From Balanoglossus misakiensis (taxonomy: Eukaryota > Animalia > Hemichordata), in the NCBI GenBank assembly GCA_040954595.2, contig CM082592.2, positions 10,031,677 to 10,095,676 on the forward strand: DNA of 64,000 nt. The letters run 5' to 3'. The notes below the pieces were generated by a model. It worked only from the letters and a program-made list of their open reading frames with translations, was not told the origin of the DNA and searched no databases. Both the position numbers and the translations under genes were made by a program. The stretch's first letter is position 1. Every line of letters begins with the position of its first letter. This document shows, piece after piece, positions 12,620 to 27,903 of the stretch.

Positions 12620-14556
12620 ATGGCCTGCGTGGAAGATCTAGCCGACATTGACCCCCACGACTTAGACGATGTGCCGTCCCTTGGAGTGACATGTCCCCTG
12701 CCACTGGTCGACATCTGTGCCACTGCCATCGTACCCAACCTCAGTGCTGTGAAGGAGGCCCTGCACAACACTCCACGAGAGGTCAACTTTAATTTTCTGC
12801 GAATGGCCATCCTCAACGAACACTTTGATTCTGTCAAATACCTCCTCGTCCACTGGCCCTACACCTTACTGGATTTCAAGTGTCTGTTGCATGGTTATAG
12901 TGTGGTCCCATTTGCAAATTTGTTCTCTGGCGAGAGGAATAATCTACCTGTCAAGTTAACGTCAGCGATAGCCGATTGGTTGCCAGAAATGCTGGAGAGT
13001 TCTAATATTCAGTGTTTAGACATTTCTTGCCTTGACACAGGTATGTATAATCAGGTAGTATACACTTTGCACCAATGTACAGTAGTGTCTATGTGTGTAA
13101 AATCTATCAATAAGTTTGCTCGAAGGAATGATACTGTATTCCTCAATATCCCTTATAAATCATGTTGCTCTCTTCTTTACAGACCAGGTAGGGACCACAA
13201 AGTTTGCACAGGCCAGTATAGAGTCACTTGGAATCGACCCAGATGATGTGGAACTGTTGGTTGGACAGATACTTTGTCACCAAGTGCCATTTCTAAACCC
13301 TCCCTCTGGTAGGTACACCTGGCAACCACAATACCAGATCTATATTTTCCCGTGGCTATCAGACACGGAAAGCATTAGTTTACCAGAAGATGAAGACTTC
13401 ACTTGGCATGCTTATATCATATGTTCTACTGGTATACAGTGGTCAGTTCACATAGCCAGAAACTGGTGTTATATTTTACCCTTGACACATCTTTCTACCA
13501 TTATCTATTTTGTTTGCAGGTAAGACTATCAAGGTATACATGTGTTGTACAACAGACAGATTTGCGTCAGAGTGGCATGCCTTCACTTTGGTGGATGCCT
13601 TGACTGTCAAGAGTCTAGCACCCATCAGTTTGCATTGTAGAGGTCTTATCATGACGGAAAGTGATCTGCCAACTGTTGTCAAGTATGTGGAACCTAAGGT
13701 AAGAACTTGCCACTTGTGTTGTTTAGGAAATCTAAAATTGGATTGGTATATAAGGTCCTAAAATCAGGTATTTGGAAGTTTGTAACATTTGTAACATCAT
13801 GTTGTATTTTTCTGGTTTTAGATGGTGAGTCACTTGGAAATTGACAACTGTATAGACTTGCCACAGATCTACAACACAGTGCTCAGCCTCTACTATCTTC
13901 AGTCTCTGGATCTTCCCGATTTTGGCGACTCACCCATCGACACGTTAGCCGCGATGCTGCGGACACTGCCATATCTGAAGCGGCTGAATCTGATGAACAC
14001 TCCGCTGACGTCACTGGTGCAGAGGTTGCTGGATGGCATCCAGCGCCCCCTAGAGGAGCTGAATCTTAGTAACTGCAGGCTGGAGGCTGCCGACTTCAAC
14101 TACCTGGCCAAGTCCCACCACACCGAGGCTCTGAAGCACTTGGACATTGGGAGCCAGAGGCTGGACTTGCACTTTGGCGCCTTCATCAATTTCCTGCAGA
14201 AAATCTCAGGGAGGCTGGTGCACCTGTTTGCGTTCGACGGCCACTTGTCCGAGAGCCAGATCATCACACTGATCAACACATGCAAGTTCCCGGTCCTGCG
14301 TCACTGGGTGTTGGTCGGCTGCAAGCTCTTCTACCACTCCTATCTGAATATCATCACTCACCTGGCCGCACTCCCCAGAATACAACACGTGTCCTTCTCG
14401 CTACCTCAGGGCATGCAGGTGTCAAATTGGACTGGTCCTCACGAAGAATGGAAGGAAGCTGCCAACCACTTCAGAGAAGAGATCAGAATGATAGTCCAAG
14501 ACACGTGCATGGCTTTTGATAGGCCACGATTCACAGTCGAAATTGCCAGGTTTTGA
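12620..14556 (+). CDS. Leucine-rich repeat protein of the LRRC14/PRAME family, putative Cullin2-ElonginBC substrate adaptor
   Basis: ATG in strong context (gccATGg). Exons ~12620-13040, 13183-13307 (donor uncertain), 13520-13698 and 13822-14556. The N-terminus PLPLVDICATAIV...EALHNTPREVNFNFLRMA...LLVHWPY resembles the PRAME/LRRC14 BC-box/Cul2-box region. C-terminal LRRs: LKRLNL, LEELNLSNCRL, LKHLDIG. A probable non-coding first exon ends at the donor at 11665. Confidence 0.8.
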
Positions 14557-15962
14557 CCATATCACCCTGTTAGAGTAGTTTGAATCACAGTATTGTCTTT
14601 TGGGTATCGTGTTTGCATGCTGTAGGGTAATTTTTCCAGACGTATGCAGTTTTCCCAAATGACTTTCTGTGATCACAGATGACTTTTGTTTACATACGAG
14701 AACTCAGAGTGTATTTTTCGTTGCTTGCTGGTCATTTCCCAGTAAAGCAGAAATGAGCACTGCCAAACACAGGTGTCCAACGTCCAAACCGCATGTTATT
14801 TTTTTTGCGTGCATTTTTTTCAGGAGAAAACTTTGCAGAGTGTTTAATCTATTTATTTGACTTGAGGTTTATTATGACAAAACTGCCATATACTTTACTG
14901 TAGGCTGAAATCAAAGACTGAAGCAACCTTCATGCCAAAATTAAAGTTTAAACTTGTTACAGGTCTGACACAGCATATCTTTTATGGTGCTATAGAATGA
15001 GTATCTGTAGTTCATATTTGTGAGAGACAATCAAGAAAGCGATTTTGAATTGCAGAGAGCTGAGCCAACTTTCTCGATACGACAAACCTTTTCCCACACA
15101 GGGTACACTATAGTATTTTCAAAGAACACTACCACTATCAAGAGATGAGTTTTATTTTTTGTCAGGCTTCTGATATGTTTTTTGATTTCCTTTCAATCGA
15201 CTAGCTGAATTGATGGATGGCTAAGATTGGTAACTAGGGAGCCATTTAGCAACACGGGTGAACACCAAGGAATTTTAATTAAGTTTTTCAAAAGCAGGTG
15301 GTTGTTTGTGTGTTTAAATGAATTTCAGGAAAACCAGCACAGCAGGACAGTAGAATAAACTTATACTTTGTGTGATTTTAAGATCTCCAATTCACTTGGG
15401 CATTGCAAGTTAACACTGAGCTTGTGCTTTGAATTGAAAGTTGCTACAGCGAAATAGACAGAAAATAACTTATATAACATTGTTTTAATGGATTGTTTAT
15501 ACATGACTAACACTATATCATGTTTGGTACAAAGATTTATTTATAAGTACACTTTAGAATATTTATAAAACTTGAAACAACTATGTATGATGTTTAACCT
15601 AAGGCATTAAAATGTACATGTACATAATTTATGCTTTATGTATGACACATCTACTTTGTACAATAAAACATTTGACTTCGACAACTTTGGTCAATATTTT
15701 CACAAAAATCAAGATGCTTTTTTTTACACACTGCACTTGATTTTGTTACGCTGATGTTGGAATTGGTTTCTGAAAAGTTTGTCAGATGAAATTCAACATC
15801 TGCTGTGCTCACATGAAAGATGTCCATTCATTCATAAGTTTAGAAAAGCATAAGTCTCTTCCATTTTGCAGAGTATGTCCTGTTAATATTATTTACACAG
15901 AGACATGCAATCTGTCTCCTCAACATCAAAGCAAAAACTTGATGGCAATATTTCCCATCTCC

Positions 15963-18554
15963 TCAATGAAGGATGTGCTTGACAACATGAGCAGCTTCAA
16001 CAACAGTCTGGGTGGGTCTCCTGATGCGTGGGTCAACCACTGGTACTGACAGCCTACAAAAATACAACCAGAAAATAATAAGCTTGGCTAAAGAAAAGAC
16101 CAAGGAATACTCACACAAATGCAAGCTTTTTGAAACATATACATCACTGAAATTACTCAAGTGAAATAATCAAGCAGTACTTACTGTACATTTGTCTTTT
16201 CATTGACAACAAACAATGGATTATTCTGGCTAAGGATCTCGTCATTCACAGAGATGCCATCCAAATACTGCTTGAGGACAGTTCTCAGCTGTTGGTTCTC
16301 CTGCAGTAGCATGCTCTTCTCCTTGTCCATGGCCACTTTGTCCAGCAGAACTTTGTTGAATCTCTTCCAGAAATTCTCTAATGCAGTGTAGTCATGCATG
16401 ACCTACAGGCAAAAGGGAAAACATTATTATAGAACATGTTTGTGTATATCGTATACGACATGTTTGGACAGCATCTCCTTGACATGGCATGGGGAGTGTA
16501 CACACAGCGCCACCAATAGGTGAAACTTGAAAAAACTGAATGCACAGTACATGTACTACAGTTTGTGACATTTTTGATGATTAGGATAACTTGCCTCAGC
16601 TAATGGTTCAGCTGGTTGTTCTTGTACAGCAGCTTCAACATCCTCTGTTTCTTCCTTTGTCAAGGATGAAGCGTAAAAAGGTAAGACTTTCTCTTCCTCT
16701 GTCTCCAGTTTACGACACTGCTCTGCCAACTTCAAGATCCTATCCCCCTGTGTGATAAATTGACAACATATGATTAGCAGGACTGGTGAAGTTGCATCAT
16801 ATTCTGGTAGGCTGGAGCCCACATGAAGGGATTGGAATGCAAGTGTCAACTATGTAGTTTTGAACAATACAGATTGCAAGTACCTTTTCTTTCTTTTTCT
16901 GTAATTCTTTGATGGCAGAATTACTCTGCAGTGTCAGTTTGGTTAGCCTGCTTCTCTCGTTGGATCTAAACTCATTCATCTGCCTCTTCAGTTCCTGGAA
17001 ATGCACTGAGATATATTCCTTCTCTTCTCTCAGTTCTCGGTTCCTCTCCTCGCTTTCCCTGGTGTTCTGTGCCATCTTGGCTTTCAACTGAGCCATCGTA
17101 TCCTGCAGTGAACAGACACATAGCATTAACATTTTGTACTGCAAATTGTTTTGAACTATCTCAGTGTGATGGCTTGGTTGAATCACACTTCTTTAAAAGT
17201 ATATGTACAGTTGGATCCAAACACAAAGGAATAAAGGTGGTAAAGGGATGATTCCAATATCTGCACTTACTGATATCCTCTGCAACTTTCTCATCTGTGT
17301 TTCAATTTCTTTAGCACTCTTCTCATCTTTGGCTTTGAGACTTTCAAACGCCTGTTTCCTCTCCTCCGTTGTCTCATTGTAATTCTTCAACGCTTGCTGG
17401 AACTGCTTCCACAGGTCCTCCACTTGTGTCTCAAGTTGAATTCTCAGGGCATGTTTTTCTTCTAAATTCTGTGGAATCACAAAAAGGTTGATGACTATTT
17501 TGTTTGGTATGGCTGAACTTCATGATCCCCAGTTAAGATACGACTACCAACTATTTGTGAACAGCTCACACTTACCTTGTTTTTAATTTCATCTCTGAGG
17601 CTCTGGAATTCCTGGCGGGCTTCATTCTCCCTATCTGTAAAGTTTTGATCCATTGCAAACATGATATCTTGCAGATCATTCATTTCTCTTTTGAACTGAT
17701 CGATGATGAGCGCCCTCTCTGAGTCAAATTCATTCCTCAGTATTTCCAACTCTTCATCATATTCTGTCTGCAGGATGTCAAGTCTTTGCTTCTGTAAATC
17801 TGCAATGGCAAATATAAAACATCAAGTTAGCACTACAGCAGCTTGCATTCGAGAGTCACTGAGTTGCTTGAGCGAATGTTTAAAATTGGTTTTCTGCACA
17901 ATCCTGGTCTCTTTCAATACTCACCTATGAGACTATCGACATTCTGTAGATGGCTCCTCAATGCCATTGAATATTGTTCTTCAGCTTCGGCCAAATCTTT
18001 AGCCAATGACTTAATTACACTGTCTTTTCTATCTACGACTCTTTCAAATGTCTGACTGAGAACTTCAATGTCCTTCTTCAGTTCCTTTGACTTGGCAGTT
18101 CTCATTATTGTACGCCATTGGTTGTTCAGTTTGTTAGAGTTGAACCTGGAGTTTTTCTCTTCCTTGGCTAATTTGTCCTGTCAACGGTGATGAGAATATG
18201 ACAGTTATACAGTGTTGAATTTTTACCAGTTTTATACCAAGTGCTAGATTTGATTTGTTTTATATAGAAGCATGTTGTTTGCTGCTGGGCCAGGCAAGCA
18301 TGGGGACATGTCTACACTTCAATCCACTTAAAGGTAGTTTGAGAGACTATAGTTTAAGAGAATAACCATTGACTTGGTCAGTCTACCAAATTTACCTTTA
18401 AAAATTGTGTCAGCATGTCTTCCTTCTTCTTCTTCATCTCCTCCTCAGCAAGCTGCTTCTGTTCCATGTACAGGATTCTCTCTTCCTCGGTCATTTTGGC
18501 TAGTTTACCCTTCTTGCCAGACTTCTTTGCTGCCTTTTTCTTTTTGGGAGCCAT
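15963..18554 (-). CDS. CCDC65: Dynein regulatory complex subunit 2 (coiled-coil domain-containing 65)
   Basis: Exons 18396-18554 (MAPKKKK...[19 protein letters not shown]), 17925-18177 ([39 protein letters not shown]), ~17576-17799, 17270-17468, 16884-17102, 16595-16747 ([22 protein letters not shown]), 16185-16402 ([15 protein letters not shown]...[10 protein letters not shown]) and 15963-16053 (TVVEAAHVV). These are typical DRC2 motifs. Confidence 0.93.
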
Positions 18555-18799
18555 GGCTATAAAATATTATTGATAGTTACCAAAATTTATGAGTTGTGTC
18601 TGAGAGTGAAACAGACGATATCGTCAACCTGAAGGTCGATCTGATGCGAATGTTTATTATCGATTGAGTACCGTAATATTCTCCGCATAAATGGCAAAAA
18701 CCATGTCCACATTTTAAAGGTCTTCATAAAATGTTTTAAAAGTAAATAATCCACCTACCTGCACAATTTCAACTGCTAAATACGACCACAAATACGCAG

Positions 18800-18872
18800 G
18801 TAAACAAAATACTCTGCAGTCTGACGTGCAGAGTTTTGCTTGTAACTCTTAGCAACGAAATAACGCATGCGC
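18800..18872. promoter_or_regulatory. Candidate ciliary promoter module in the CCDC65/ASPDH divergent promoter
   Basis: GTAAACAAA forkhead motif (18800), GTAACTCTTAGCAAC RFX X-box-like motif (18842-18856) and CGCATGCGCA NRF1-like motif (~18864), next to the probable non-coding first exon of CCDC65 (donor near 18758). Confidence 0.5.
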
Positions 18873-19215
18873 AGATTTATCCTCGTCCACACTTAAAATC
18901 TTTATGACTACACTTGACTGTTCCGTTATTAACGCAACCCATAAAACAAATTTACAATAACAAAAAGCTTGGTTATCAATAGAAGATACTATTGATCTCC
19001 AATTATGAGGTCTGTTACTTGATACTCACGTCACAAATGGTATAAACTTGTCCACATAACTCTTCGTGAACCCAGGCCCGTGAAAGAGGATTTATGACGT
19101 CACGTTGGTGTGGCCAGAGGATTTCCCCAAGTGTGTGTAGCTTTCCGAGGATTCCCTTTTGAGTTTCAGTCACACATCATTGTTTCTAATCGCGCGTACC
19201 ATTGACAAAATAAAA

Positions 19216-21017
<1,802 letters not shown>

Positions 21018-22680
21018 CGACAGACATATGAACATAGCTTAACTTGGTGAAGAATTTGGTGCTAATCTTGTGACAATTTTGATCCGATGTTCTAATTTGG
21101 TGCTGGGTGGGAGGTGCATATTTTTATTAGTAGAGAGAGTGGAAAAAAATAGTGACATTTCCACTGATCCACACATATTCTGATACAGATGTTTCCCTCA
21201 AGTAACAAAGAAATAACACAGTGACAATTACACTTGGAAGGAATCAAAATACTTTATTGCTTGTGATTAACTTCTTTCCCATAATCATATAGCTTTGATT
21301 AAGCCTCCTGCTGCACCCCTTTCATAAAACTTAAATGAAAAAAAAGGTGGAAAATGCAAAAAAGATACATGTAAAAGATAAACTGTACAACCACTACATA
21401 AACCTAAACACTGTTTGCTTAAAATAAACTATGCTGTGTATACTTAGTCTAAATATTTTCAAATAGCAGCAAGCCTTGTAAATAGTACTGAAATCACTTA
21501 TGGCAGAAATTAATGCCTGAACGACCGTGTTGGGGTATTTGCATGTTTCCAGGAAAATACCAATGTTTTTTTAATTGGTGGGAAATATTGATTCAGTTCT
21601 GGAAAGATACAAAAGTGGGAATTAACAAAACTTCAGGTAATTTCTGTGTGATGACTCTATTCTCTAGTGGACAGTTCTTGTTTGGTGCATACTTGATCTA
21701 TTATGGTGAATACACTGTTATTAATTGATATTTTCTATATTCTGCTGTTTTCCAAACTGTTGCTCTTGCTAAGATACAGTGGGCATTGTCATATAAACAT
21801 CTCAACATACAATTTTTACATTCAAAAATTATTTAAAAAAACGTCTTAAAACTGAAACAATCCTATTTGAAAAATATATTGGAATAAAGCAATAACAGAA
21901 AAATTTGTGATTTTTCGCAATACAATTCATTTTTTCTTGGGCTATTTCTCAAGTCAACAAATGGGCCTTGAAGACACCAGTTCACATTTCAAAAAGCATA
22001 TATAGTTTATGATTATGTATTTTTTCCTACCCCGTAATACAAACCCTCTGATGTTTAACTTGTGAGATTGTAACATTTTTGCAGTGGGAGAAATGAGGAA
22101 TTGGTTTTATTTTTAATACTGTAATAAAATTCATTTTGTAGAATCATAAAGAGTTTGCGTGATATCTTGTTACTTCCATACTGCCCTGTGGTAGAAGTTG
22201 GAGTCACATCTGTTTGAGATCAATTCAATGGTACCCTTCACCAACTCAGACTTAGCTCTACTAAGAAACAGAAATCACGTTATTTCATCTATGATTCATC
22301 AAAACACATGCTGTAGCTGATAAATTTTGATAGTGAGATAGCTTTCACATTCGGCAAGAGTATATGTTAGCCAGCTGTTGGCAGTTTTTTTTAAAGCAAG
22401 CAATACTTTGGTTAGAAAGATGTCGTTCTTTAAAAGCTAGATGTTGATTGGGTGACATTAATTTGTAACTTGATCAAAGCATGGAGAAAGCCAATCATAA
22501 CCATCCTACTTTTACCAGTTGTTGCACATTTTTATGTACATTACAGAACATGTAATTGATGTAGCTATCAAGATTTCTGTGAGATTATTGATCATTGAAT
22601 TATGATTAAATTTGCAGTGGCGATTTGAATTATTTCTGCTAAATGTCTTGTGGAAAGATAAACAAGCAAGTTTTTATTCT

Positions 22681-25600
22681 TCACAGTTCAATAATGTCAT
22701 CATCAACAGACTGCCTTACTTTGGTACTTTCACTTACTTCATCCTGGGGACTGGAGACATTTGTGTGATTATTTGGTATTTCTGGTTTGTCTATGGCCTC
22801 AGTGTTCACTGCATTACTCCCCTTTCCTGCAGAGTCTCCTGATGACTCGACAACTTCCGTGGCATCTCTTGTTTCGTTGACTGCATCATCAACGTGCTTG
22901 TCGGTGCTTGGCTTGGCATCTGTTGCTGCGACGACCTCGTCTCCTTTTCCCTCTTCCTGTTCTCCCGGTTTCTGGCTCCCCTCTTTGTCTTCGCTGTTGC
23001 TGCGACTGACTTTATCGGTACTCTGTTCATTTGCAGCAAAGCTCATCATTTTCAATTTCTTGAACTTGTCAGTAATTATATCAAACTCGTCTGGAGTGAA
23101 TGCACCCAAGCCTCTGTGTGTTGGCAGAGCTGATATTTTGGGACCGATGGGTCTGGCTAGACCGACTGGCTTGGCTTCTCTGACCCTGGCTGCTTCCTCT
23201 TTTGCCCTTTGCACTTTCATCTGTTGGATCTCTAGATATCTCTGCTGGATCGATTCAGCCTCGGCAGCCATTTCTTCTTTGGCTGCTTCTGCCTGGTGCA
23301 GTTTCTGGGTGGCTGTCTGTAAAAAAAATGGTGGTAATGGATTTCACAGCTATTCCAAGAACAGACTACTAAATGACAAATTCAATAGTATAAATTACAC
23401 ATATTGATGGTAAATGTCTTACTGCAAGCTGTTGATCAGCAGCCTGTCTCTGCTGCTCCAGTAGTTCTAATTTCTTCTGCTCTTCCTCCAGTCTCTTGAT
23501 ATGTAGAAGTCTTTCTTCTTCAACTTCTTCTCGTTTTAGTCTTTCAGAATGCAAAAGCTCTTCCTGTTGGGCTTTCAGTTTTTCCAACTCTTCACGTTTC
23601 TCCATTTCTTCTTCAAGTAACCTTGGTAACAAAACATTAGATTATACCTGATAATTTGTGACAATCTGTGTGATATAAACCAAAGCATTTCCAGCAAGTG
23701 ACAGATCATATAAAGTATGATAAATTTTCTGTCGATGCTCCTACCTTGCTTGAAGAGCTCTGACTATTTCTTCATCTTTTTTGGCTTGTCTCTCTTGTTC
23801 CAACAACTCCTGGGCTTGTCTGTACAACTCTTCTAGTTCAGACATTCTCTTCTCTTCAGCTTCTCTCAGAGCTGCCATCTCCGCCACTCGGGCCTCAGCT
23901 TCTTCTCTGGCCTGCAGAAATTTACAGAAATTAAAGCAAATTTCATTCTTTGATATTTTAAGGACTAGTGGGCTGCGTGATCAGGATGAAGACTAGTATG
24001 AAAAGAATGATACTGAGTTAGATAGGCCGAGTTCATAAAAACATGCATCCTAAAATATATAACTCACCTTCCTCTCTTCTTCAAGTTCTCGGAGTTGTCT
24101 TTCTCGTTCTTCATATTCTTCTTGCATTTTTCTCCGTTCCTCTTCCTTGGTCTGTCTTCTTGCCGTCCTTTCCTCTCTCCTTTTGATGAAAGCGGATTTC
24201 TGCGGTGAGACGTTAGTCTCTATACTCTCCAACACATTCTCTACAGCTGTAATACCAAACAACAATAACAGGTACTGAAAAATCCGTTTTTATATGAAGT
24301 TCTTTTGATTTATTTTGTAATTACATATTAGAAAATACATTGGCATTATTGCAGAGGACAAAAGTGTTCTATCCCATTTCTTACCTTCCAGCCATTCTTG
24401 TTTGCTTTTTGGATCAGGAGCACTCATTTCATACCGGTGTTTGTCTCCTTTCATGGGTACGTTGCTTGCCAGATACATTCTGTTTCTATTACTGCCTTTA
24501 TCAGGCAGTGACTGTAATCAAAAACCAACAGTTTAGGGTTACCATCACTTCCCAAATCTTGCCAGCAAGTTCAGTGAATGCCTTCTATGTATGTGAAGTG
24601 TTTATCAGTATAGTGATGGATATTTTATATGTAAGCTGAAATGATATTTTACTTCAGAGATACACTGGACCAGATCAGATCCATGTGAATTGATACAATG
24701 TCTTGAACTTTGATCATGTTCTCTGGTTTGTCAGCACCTCGCAGAGTTCAACCTACCTCAACTTTCCAACCAGAGTCCAGCACAATGGTCCCTTTCTGAA
24801 CATTCAAGTCCTTGCCTGTGTAGTAAGTCAGGCTTCCTGGTTTCAAAATGAACCACCTCTCTTTCCAGTTGGACATCACATGGCCTTTCTTGGCCATAAA
24901 ACCCTGCAAGAAATCAAACAGTTTTCAGTACACCTAGACATGCAAAATTAAACACAGAAATACAGCTCATGTCAAAAAAACATCGGTACCTTTTTCACAA
25001 CTTCATTTATAATTTCATCATAGATGTCATCTATGGCTGCAGCAACACACGCTTCATCAATCCCAACAGCAAACTTGGTCTCCAGGCAGTGCAGAACTTG
25101 CCAGAAAGACATCAAAGGCAACCCTTTCCTAATTTCTTCAAAATCTTTCTCATTCCACCTTCTTCCCATCGCTATCACGACCTTCTCCAAAATGTACGCG
25201 ACTTCCTCGTGATCCATTCTCAGTGGGAATGCGTCCGGTTCCGCTTGCCGATTGAACACCATCCACAGTTTATAGGCATTGTCATCCTGGAGTATTTTGT
25301 TTTGTCTGTCCATGTGGACCTTGGAGCACAGCATCCAACAGACGCTGAACATCTTGTCCAGGTCTAAGGCTGAACTTTGTGAGAAGAGTTCCATTTCCAT
25401 GAATTTCTTGAATTCCTCAAAATTGAGAATCGTTTTCGATTCGCTGTACTGGTTTTCCAGTGCCTCCACTGACTGACGGATGTCTTTCACTCCTGTTGCG
25501 GTGCTTATGTTTGCCGTCACCACCTGGCAAGAGATATAAAATATATGTCTTAATTAATTACCCCTCAAACACCCCAAAAAACAATGTTGCTATCACACAT

Positions 25601-27813
25601 ACACACTTCAAACCATGATTGCCAAAGCAACAGCAAAGACCTGACCTGTAAATTACCCCTGATGTTTGTTTTATAAAACGAGAAGCTCTTTTGTACACAG
25701 AAAATGTGAAACAGGAACCTCAACACTATACACTGCCACCAGGTATGAATGGTCACACCTTAACATTATTTGTCTTTGCCTTGACACTCAACACATCAAC
25801 TTTATTCTTGTTGTTAGGAACCTTGCAACTTCTGAAATCAATATTCTAACCATTGTTTTGTCTAAAAAATATTTCAGCCGCGTCAGGACGCTGTTAACTG
25901 ACCTTTGAGCAACCTCGTGTGTTTCAAAGGACAGCATTGTTCGTACAATCTCATTCAACTCTCCTTCTAAATATTGATATTCTATTGATATGTTTGTGCA
26001 TACATGTCATCGTGATAATTACTATAAAACGAAGAACATTATAACCACCAAGAACATTATAACCACCAAAACAGGTGATTTTCTGAGTCAGCAATTAAAG
26101 CTCCTGGCGTAGATGGCATATTGCACATAAGTTCAGAAGAAAAGAAGACTATTTGCTTGATCTAAACACCAAGAGTTAAAAATCCCCAATATGTTCAATT
26201 GGGAGAGGTATATAAAGCTATTTGAACTACTTGTACTTTGCTGGTAAATTCCAAATTCTCCAGCAGGAAACTAAGACATCTGGTAATATTATACTGGAAA
26301 ATACATGTGTTGCCTATGAACAAGAACACATGTCTATACATCCAACCCAGACTGCCAATGAACTAAGTCTCTGTTCTATTTCTTACAGTTGTTAAGGGGA
26401 AAGGTTAAGGGCCATGTCAACTAATTTTGTCACATTAGAAAGTTTCAATGGAGTAAAGTCAAATCAGCTGACAATGTTGTTGAAAGAAGGTCACACAGAA
26501 CTTTATGGAATGACACCCACGAACAGGCTGACCACATTGGCACACAACATTCAGACATTGTTTCACCACATGCTCCAAAACATAACCCTATTCTGCTAAG
26601 GTCATTGTGGAGTGACTATGGGTCATTAAAAGCTACAAACAATACATTCTGTTGATAATTCTGATTATGTCAAAATCTCTCAAAGACAAACATTTACTCT
26701 TGATAAGAGAACAGTTAGAGTGAGCATAACTGTACACTGATTCTTCAGATAACAAGCTAAAATCTCTCCTTCAAATTTTGTGATCTCTGTTAGTAAATAT
26801 GCAGAACAAATTCCAATGGCCCTGTGCAAACAATCACCAAAAAGGTTTGGATATACCCGACACATTTGAATTAAAATGCTTCCCTACAATATGATGTAAA
26901 CCGCAAATATGGCTGTAACGGCAAAAGTTGAAAAGCGCGGACATTTTCAACCTCAAGAATAGGTTCTATTTGTATCACACGCAAATAAAAGATAAAAACA
27001 ATACATGTAGTCTATTGAACTATATTTTCATTGATAAATTTTAAACAGGAATATACAAGGAAAAATACTGGTAACTGTCACAGCAATTCTCTGAATGCAA
27101 CTTCCTCCTTGCTACCACAAACCATTGATCAAAAAAGGTTACAAGCTAAATGTGTGTACTAGTTAATCATAATACAGGCTTTTGAATACGCTATAATGGT
27201 GACAAGAACTTCATAGCCACCACCGATTTATATTGTCTGAGATATGTGCTTGCGCCAGGACCTGCACTCAAATATTTTATTACTATATAATTTCCTGAGG
27301 AAATCACTGAAATTATTTGTAAACTCCATGATAGATAGAGATAGATAGATAGATAAAAATGCATGCACGCACACACACACACACACACATACATATGATA
27401 CATACATACATACAATGTACATACATACATACATACATACATACATGTACATATTGCACATTAATTTCATGATTTTTATATATGAACCAAGTCACGTTAC
27501 AAGTAAGTTGTAAGTTAGTTTTCTTGCTTGGAGTGTATGATAACAGATCAACATTCTAAACGATTTCACTCGCACCATTGTGAACTTGAGGTCAACCCCC
27601 AACAAGTTCTACACACGTCCTGGAAGTGGAACCCTTAGCCCAAAACTTTAAGCCTCGTTCCAGAAGTTGGGTGAATAGAAAATACCAGGTAAACGTGGCC
27701 TTTGCGTGGATAGCACTTACCTTGAGCTGTGACTTTGGCACATTACCATTTTTTTCAAGGTCTAGAGATTCGAAGGCGTGCCACAAGGCGTGGATATGAT
27801 CATCTGTCGCCAT
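22681..27813 (-). CDS. SWAP70: SWAP70/DEF6 family protein (EF-hand-like N-terminus, PH domain, coiled coil)
   Basis: Exon 1 (27721-27813) reads MATDDHIHALWHAFESLDLEKNGNVPKSQLK. Exon ~24990-25523 contains AYKLWMVFN. PH-domain exons contain GFMARKGHVMSNWKERWFILKP and YEMSAPDPKSKQEWL. These are followed by E/R-rich coiled-coil exons and an acidic tail. Likely the single pro-ortholog of SWAP70 and DEF6. Confidence 0.9.
27332..27450. repeat. Compound microsatellite (AGAT)n/(AC)n/(ATAC)n in SWAP70 intron 1
   Basis: Directly visible tandem tetra- and dinucleotide runs. Confidence 0.93.
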
Positions 27814-27888
27814 TTTGCTTTACTACATAGAAAAACAAAGTACATGTATAGAACACGAAAACGAGGCTTGGCTGTTAAGTGACATGTT

Positions 27889-27897
27889 ACTTCCGGG
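27889..27897. promoter_or_regulatory. ETS/GABP-like motif in the very short SWAP70/ETFBKMT divergent promoter
   Basis: ACTTCCGGG lies between the SWAP70 ATG (27813, minus strand) and the first ETFBKMT ATGs (27904/27982, plus strand). Confidence 0.5.
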
Positions 27898-27903
27898 TAG
27901 GAT

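Noticed and set aside
15354-15667. Overlap of the LRRC14-like and CCDC65 3' UTRs
   Set aside because: The LRRC14-like gene has earlier poly(A) signals (14940, 15354), so overlap is not required.
22787-23407. 206-aa Ser-rich ORF on the plus strand
   Set aside because: It is the antisense shadow of the acidic last exon of SWAP70.
26032-26069. Tandem AAGAACATTATAACCACC twice
   Set aside because: A simple slippage duplication in SWAP70 intron 1 with no further structure.
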